Shown here piece after piece: positions 1 to 4,248 of a stretch of 5,705 nt of DNA. The stretch lies in the NCBI GenBank assembly GCA_964510585.1, contig CAZECW010000198.1, positions 1-5,705 on the forward strand. The letters are read 5' to 3'. The stretch comes from an uncultured archaeon. Its GTDB lineage: Archaea > Asgardarchaeota > Jordiarchaeia > Jordiarchaeales > Jordiarchaeaceae. The notes beneath the pieces are model-generated. The model searched no databases, was not told the origin of the DNA, and saw only the letters and a list, made by a program, of their open reading frames with translations. Numbering within the stretch: position 1 is the stretch's first letter; each line of letters begins with the position of its first letter. The position numbers and the translations under genes are program-made.

Positions 1-206
1 TCTGTTTCCACTTGGAATGCGTCTATTGGGAAGAAGTTTGGGTCTCCGTTCACCAGTTTCTCTATGAAGAGGGCTCTGCTCTCCAGGCTGCTTCCGGGTA
101 GTCCGGGCTCTATTTTTCCTCTCAGCCGGTAATCTGCTTCTAGGGGGGTGGTGAGAATTTCAAGTTGTTCGTTAAATTTAAATGCTTCAAACACGAGTTT
201 TGACAT
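1..206 (-). CDS. Hypothetical protein, N-terminal 68 aa only (continues beyond the left edge)
   Basis: ATG at 206-204 opens a stop-free frame to the window edge: MSKLVFEAFKFNEQLEILTTPLEADYRLRGKIEPGLPGSSLESRALFIEKLVNGDPNFFPIDAFQVET. A strong SD (GGTGGTGA, 221-214) lies 7 nt upstream. I do not recognise the family. It is missing from the ORF track because it has no stop in the window. Confidence 0.8.
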   Translation of the reverse strand, partial: MSKLVFEAFKFNEQLEILTTPLEADYRLRGKIEPGLPGSSLESRALFIEKLVNGDPNFFPIDAFQVET

Positions 207-277
207 GCGGGGTTCACCACCGTTGGGATGGATTCGAGAGCAATTATTCTTTTCGAACTATCCCAACAACCCACATA
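204..277 (-). promoter_or_regulatory. Extended stem-loop in the flavodoxin/left-gene spacer, overlapping the RBS and start codon
   Basis: Perfect 8-bp inverted repeat GTTGGGAT/ATCCCAAC (222-229 with 260-267) and an inner GTTCGA/TCGAAT stem (258-253 with 237-232). An outer stem pairs AUGUGGGUU (276-268) with AACCCCGCAU (214-205), with one bulged C and one G-U. Pairings were read by eye; function is unknown. Confidence 0.5.
214..221 (-). promoter_or_regulatory. Shine-Dalgarno site of the left-edge gene
   Basis: GGTGGTGA on the minus strand, 7 nt before the ATG; matches the archaeal-type GGAGGTGA consensus. Confidence 0.75.
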
Positions 278-320
278 CTTAAGGCGCCTTCTCTTTTTAA
301 TATGGAAGCCCCCCCACTTA

Positions 321-785
321 CTAGATTAACTTTGCGATTTTGCCTCCAATCTGCCTGAATCTTTCCTCGGTGCCTTCTTCAAGTGGCCCCTCTCTTCCCA
401 TTACTATGGCTGAGGAATAGGGCAGTATAATCTTCATTTTGAGTTTCTTTAGTTCTCCTTCAATTTTTTTCGCCGCACTTCCCGAAATCCGAATATTCAT
501 TTTAGTTTCGAAGGCAAAAGCTTTCATACCACCAACTTCTAAACTTTTCAGCTTATTAAGAAAGCCCTTCACAGGTTTAGATATTCCGAACGCGTGTGTC
601 GGACCACCCACTGCGAGAAAATCGTATTCCTTCAATCGATTAATTTCTACGTTTTGGACATTGACGGCATCGACCTGAACTCCCTGCTCCTCCATTCCAG
701 ATGCCAGCGCCTTCGCTACCTTCTCAGTATTCCCAAATATTGTGTCATACACCACAATTGCCCTCTTCATTTTTATACCCTCCAT
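321..785 (-). CDS. Short-chain flavodoxin (FMN-binding flavodoxin-fold protein)
   Basis: FMN phosphate-binding loop IVVYDTIFGNTEKVAKALA, second loop LAVGGPTHAFG, strand KAFAFET, about 150 aa. The ORF-track start (GTG 797) sits inside an AGGTGA SD, so the start is more likely ATG 785 (SD AGGTGA) or ATG 770 (SD GGAGGGT). Confidence 0.92.
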   Translation of the reverse strand: MEGIKMKRAIVVYDTIFGNTEKVAKALASGMEEQGVQVDAVNVQNVEINRLKEYDFLAVGGPTHAFGISKPVKGFLNKLKSLEVGGMKAFAFETKMNIRISGSAAKKIEGELKKLKMKIILPYSSAIVMGREGPLEEGTEERFRQIGGKIAKLI

Positions 786-934
786 AAATACATTCACCTA
801 GTTAAAACATATCATGGAATTTCATCCTCTTAATACTATTTGTACTTCTATGAACAGAAGGGAAAACAGAACACATTTCAAAATTTAAATGAGCAACTGG
901 AAATCGTGAACGACACCTCCCTCCTCTTCCCCCC

Positions 935-1207
935 CTAATTGCTCTCTTCTGCCTCCATTGATTGCAGAGCCAGATATCTCCAGCCAACTGGTTTAAAATA
1001 TCCTTCCTCACCCTCATCCTTAAGAAAATCGTAAACTTCCACCTTAATCTTGCTTTATAAGCCCGCAACCTCGTTTAACAGTTCCTTTGCTGTCGTGCAG
1101 GCGGGACGCTCATTCTCCTGAGTGAAAAAAGGAACCCAACCTAATCCCTAAAGTCTCTCAAGCAATCCCCTCAAACGCCTATTATCCGCCTCAGAAACAT
1201 ATCTCAC
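935..1207 (-). pseudogene. Degraded 5' part of a protein-disulfide oxidoreductase (archaeal PDO/GlrX_arch, AhpF N-terminal-like thioredoxin fold)
   Basis: One frame from GTG 1207 reads MRYVSEADNRRLRGLLERL*GLGWVPFFTQENERPACTTAKELLNEVAGL*SKIKVEVYDFLKDEGEEG..., ending at TAG 937-935. This resembles the PDO N-terminal pattern (LISEEDK..L...F..L..PVKL..FTQE.ECxxC...K.LLEE.A.LSDKI..EVYDF.KD; family pattern recalled, not searched). In-frame stops are TAG 1150-1148 and TAA 1057-1055; CxxC reads RPAC. Similarity fades after about codon 65. Confidence 0.72.
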
Positions 1208-1302
1208 ATTAAAAACCCCCACAAAAACACTCCACAAAACAGATTAGTCCCTCACAAATAAAACTTGAAGGCTCTCTACTCCTCCCATAATATTTTTCCG
1301 GG

Positions 1303-1752
1303 TTAGAGTTCTAGAACCTGCATTTTTGAGTATCCCCTTTTTTCAAAGTCGTAGTCTAGGAGTTCGATTTTTTCGGGAACAATTTTCAGTATCAGTTTTC
1401 TCCTTCCCCGAACTATTTTTTGAGCTTCCTCGAATCCCTCGTCCCCCTCCCTCAAAAATATAAGTCTATCCCTGCCACTGGCAGTAATCTGCATCCCCTG
1501 AATTTTGCCAGTATCCATGGGAGTATAAATTCCAATGCTAACAATGGGATTCTCCTCAATATTCTTCACCTTTCTCCCCGGCGAGAGACCCACATAAATG
1601 TTGAAACCCTCCCTTTCCGTATAAAAATCCAATGGTGTGGCACGAGGAACATTATTGCTACAAGTGCAAAGAACAAGCTCCCTCCTCTCATCTAAAAATT
1701 TCCGAATTTCCCTTCTAAGCTCTTCCTCCGGCATCTTCTTACTCTTCTCCAT
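1303..1752 (-). CDS. Pyridoxamine 5'-phosphate oxidase-like split-barrel flavin (FMN/F420)-binding protein
   Basis: Family-type motifs ELVLCTCSNNVPRATPLDF, GRKVKNIEENPIVSIGI, GMQITASG and ILKIVPEKIELLD. The start was moved from the track's 1839 to ATG 1752 (SD GTGGTGGAG just upstream), because the extra N-terminus is AT-rich promoter-like sequence. ATG 1734 is an alternative. Confidence 0.88.
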   Translation of the reverse strand: MEKSKKMPEEELRREIRKFLDERRELVLCTCSNNVPRATPLDFYTEREGFNIYVGLSPGRKVKNIEENPIVSIGIYTPMDTGKIQGMQITASGRDRLIFLREGDEGFEEAQKIVRGRRKLILKIVPEKIELLDYDFEKRGYSKMQVLEL

Positions 1753-1816
1753 AAAAATCTCCACCACAAATTCACACAGTTTTCCATTCAAACAAACATT
1801 TACAAAAATTTTCAAA

Positions 1817-1824
1817 TATTTAAA
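1817..1824 (-). promoter_or_regulatory. Candidate TATA box for the PNPOx-like gene
   Basis: TTTAAATA on the minus strand about 65 nt upstream of ATG 1752. The context is AT-rich, so specificity is weak. Confidence 0.3.
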
Positions 1825-2457
1825 AAAGTTTAACCACAAATACTAAAAAGGTAAATTCAATCTCTCCATCCACACCTCTACTTATAATTTTTTATTAATT
1901 AAGTTTCTTGCACTTCTGGGAACAGTTTATGAAAAAATATATTTATGCTGGAAAGGGCGCCGGAATGTGGGATTGATAATATCGGTCGAGAGAGAATATA
2001 TTATTGAGGAATTGGGCGGATCCTTGTTTCTTACTGATGTGCCTTCGGCTTTCTCAGCTACTTTTTCGTCGGTATCAACGTGTTATCAGGCTTTCTGTGT
2101 TGTATCTTATTCCCTTTTTATGTTTTTTGGCTAGCAGTTTAGTTATTTTCGCAAGGTTTTCCAAAAATTTCTTATATGACGAATTCTCTATTGAATGGTT
2201 CATTTCCCCCCATCTTTCTTCCTATCATTTTCGCTTAATGTGTCTTTGTTTATTTAGATGCGAGTAGAGGAGGCTTTATGAACCTTCTTTCCAGATTAAG
2301 ACTTTTTTGAGAATTTAGACAGAACACTTCCACACAATCAAGCACAAAAACACACATGTTCGTTACATTGTGCCTGCTTTGAATCCTTTTTTAATGTTAA
2401 AAATTATGATTCACTTCATTTTTGCCGAACATATTTTTGCGATTTTCGCGATTATTA

Positions 2458-2469
2458 AATTATATAATT
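2458..2469. promoter_or_regulatory. Palindromic TATA-like box (AATTATATAATT) upstream of the V4R-like gene
   Basis: Perfect 12-bp palindrome containing TTATATA on both strands, about 110 nt before 2581, within a very AT-rich spacer. Confidence 0.35.
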
Positions 2470-2580
2470 CTCATTTTTTCATAGTTTTACGTATTTTTTA
2501 CATTTATTAGTAAGTTTTATTAAGAAAAATATAGTAATTAATTCTTGGTTTTGCATAAATTTTAGAAAAAAAAGTAAGGG

Positions 2581-3282
2581 GTGAAAGTTTTGGAGAAAAT
2601 TGCCGCACCATATGAACAGATAGACCTAAACACCATATTAGATATAGCACTTTCTGGCATAAAAATAGTTGAAAATAAGATATACGGTCCAGTTTACCCT
2701 CGCCTAGTAAAAAAGTATGCTATCAAGTTTTTATGTAATAAACTTAATTCAGAGATGCCTGAAGGTTCAGAGGATTGGGATTGGCCTCAGATTAAGGAGT
2801 ATTTTGACAAGAATCTGAGCTCCTATCCCATTGGTTACATTGCCTTCTCCTACGCTATGGCCAAGACAGAGTCCACTCTACAGGGTAAAACAGGGGTTGC
2901 TAACCGTATCTCAGTAAATGAAATAATAAAAAGTATGAAACAGCGCTCAGCAGAAATTCAGCAGGGCGAAGCCTCAGATTTTATAAACTGTTTCAAACAA
3001 TCAATAGGAAAAGCGGTCTCCTTAAAAGTTATGCCTCCAAATGCGTACTACACAGTAGAGAATGAAAAAACAATTAGGATGAGGGTTGACAACTGTATTT
3101 ACAAGGATATCTGCGAAGCGTTCATCAAAGAAAGTGTACTCAAATATGATGGTTCCACAGTGTGCTCAGTAGGACGCATGATAACCACATATATTGAACT
3201 GGAATTAGGCCCTAACTATGATTACAAGCTTGAAAAGTTCGCAAGTCCCAATTGTGATGTAAGGATTATAAAAACAGATTAG
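2581..3282 (+). CDS. Hypothetical protein with a C-terminal V4R/MetOD1 (HNOB-superfamily)-like four-Cys domain
   Basis: 233-aa open frame with protein-like composition. The C-terminus IRMRVDNCIYKDIC-x16-C-x29-CDVRII (C172, C178, C195, C225) has the strand-C...C...C-strand layout of V4R/MetOD1/ATC-hydrolase-like domains. The start could be GTG 2581 or TTG 2590, since GGGGTGA around 2581 is itself SD-like. The domain call is by pattern only. Confidence 0.8.
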   Translation: MKVLEKIAAPYEQIDLNTILDIALSGIKIVENKIYGPVYPRLVKKYAIKFLCNKLNSEMPEGSEDWDWPQIKEYFDKNLSSYPIGYIAFSYAMAKTESTLQGKTGVANRISVNEIIKSMKQRSAEIQQGEASDFINCFKQSIGKAVSLKVMPPNAYYTVENEKTIRMRVDNCIYKDICEAFIKESVLKYDGSTVCSVGRMITTYIELELGPNYDYKLEKFASPNCDVRIIKTD

Positions 3283-3633
3283 GTTAGAAGCCAAATAACA
3301 TCTCCCTCTTCAAGTTCAACCAATGTTTCGAGGTGCTCAAGGAGCAGGCAATTTCAGTGTCACACTCATTACTTTCTCAACAAGCACCCCACTTACACTC
3401 CGAAATTCCCTCTCGATGACGACTCCTTCAAAACCCTTTACATCCTCTCCCTTGGTTCTTTTGGTAGCTTGTGTGGTCTGGCTTCATTCAAGCTTCTCCC
3501 CTAAAACCCTATGCGGTTTGGTCAAGCTTCTCTGCAAGGAGATAAGGCGTAAAAAGTTTTCAAGGGGTCTCAAGCGTCTCACAGTAATATGCAAACTCCA
3601 TGCACTAAATCCACCTTTATTTGAGGCTACCAT
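3279..3633 (-). pseudogene. Probable frameshifted gene relic, possibly ending in a winged-helix-like domain
   Basis: Protein-like fragments occur in alternating frames: MEFAYYCETLETP*KLFTPYLLAEKLDQTA*, RSLNEARPHKLPKEPRERM*RVLKE, GFEGVVIEREFRSVSGVLVEKVMSVTLKL and NCLLLEHLETLVELEEGDVIWLLT* (3353-3279). The final TAA (3281-3279) overlaps the convergent gene's TAG (3280-3282). The family is not established. Confidence 0.38.
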
Positions 3634-3738
3634 CTACCTACCACTTCTGGGACCTCCTCTTCTATTTGGGTATTAAGTCTATTCAGCGTTTTTCAATCTT
3701 GATTGGTACAAGGTGGTTCGAAGCTAAGCCCTGACTGT

Positions 3739-4120
3739 AGGTGTAAAAGGGTTTGGGTCGTGGCTCTAGAATTTTCGGCTCTCTGAGAATCTCTGTCCAG
3801 CCTTTGAGAGTTGCGTCGTCTGTGGTCACCATGACATTCTGCGCTGCCATGTTTTCCTCATATCCTGGGTTCTCAGTCTCCTCCGTTTTGGCTCTTTCCA
3901 ATCCAAGTGGTGCAAGGTCAGGAGCCGGGTTGAGTGGTTTTCTGGCTTGGCTATGGGCCATTGAGGTAAGCTTCTTACTACATCCTTCCTCTCAGTGGCC
4001 ATTCCTATTAAACATCTTGGAGCTTCTTGATGGTTGGATGAGTCTGTGTGGAAGTGGGGATAGTTCTGTTTTGGCGACTTATCGATGATTTGCATCGTAA
4101 ATGTGTGAGGTGTAAAAGGG
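3739..4120. repeat. 13-bp direct repeat AGGTGTAAAAGGG at 3739-3751 and 4108-4120
   Basis: Exact match read from the sequence; it encloses 356 bp (3752-4107) with no evident terminal inverted repeat. Confidence 0.9.
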
Positions 4121-4236
4121 ATAGGAAATTTTCTAATTATTAATCGAAACTTCGAAAATTGAAAGGAGCGATAATTGAAGAGGGGGGTAAAGTTGGGTTT
4201 GAAGGTTCAATTGTTATGGTCCAAAATTTTCGAAAT

Positions 4237-4242
4237 GGAGGT
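4237..4242 (+). promoter_or_regulatory. Shine-Dalgarno site of the FAD oxidoreductase
   Basis: GGAGGT, 6 nt upstream of ATG 4249. Confidence 0.8.
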
Positions 4243-4248
4243 TGATTT

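Noticed and set aside
222-267. GTTCGAA / TCGAATCC resembling a tRNA T-arm
   Set aside because: No cloverleaf can be built (no D arm or anticodon arm); it folds as a simple long hairpin.
439-833. Plus-strand ORFs 439..678 and 594..833
   Set aside because: Antisense shadows of the flavodoxin gene.
802-1068. 88-aa minus-strand ORF from the track (MRAYKARL...)
   Set aside because: It is an off-frame reading of the PDO pseudogene, with Arg/Gly-biased composition and no motif.
1219-1845. Recurrent CCACAAA (TTTGTGG on the minus strand) near 1219, 1232, 1764 and 1835
   Set aside because: Explained by the local G/T-rich minus-strand composition and SD context; irregular spacing, so not a CRISPR or iteron array.
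1420-1846. Plus-strand ORFs 1420..1695 and 1637..1846
   Set aside because: Antisense shadows of the PNPOx-like gene (Ser/Leu/Phe/Pro-rich).
2004-2267. 87-aa hydrophobic plus-strand ORF
   Set aside because: Its Phe/Leu richness follows from T-rich DNA; it has a TTG start, no convincing SD and no motif.
3323-3633. In-frame TGA codons in the minus-strand relic as possible selenocysteine
   Set aside because: No UxxC/CxxU or known selenoprotein context, and neighbouring frames also carry TAA/TAG stops and apparent frameshifts.
1911-3652. 11-mer CACTTCTGGGA at 1911-1921 and 3642-3652
   Set aside because: A few 11-mer matches are expected by chance in 5.7 kb.
3323-4088. Plus-strand ORFs 3323..3676 and 3753..4088
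   Set aside because: They are in register with more protein-like minus-strand frames and have typical antisense composition.
252-4234. Several TTCGAA hexamers (252, 507, 3717, 4151, 4229) as a possible operator
   Set aside because: Short palindrome, one copy lies inside a CDS, and the count is too small to separate from background by eye.
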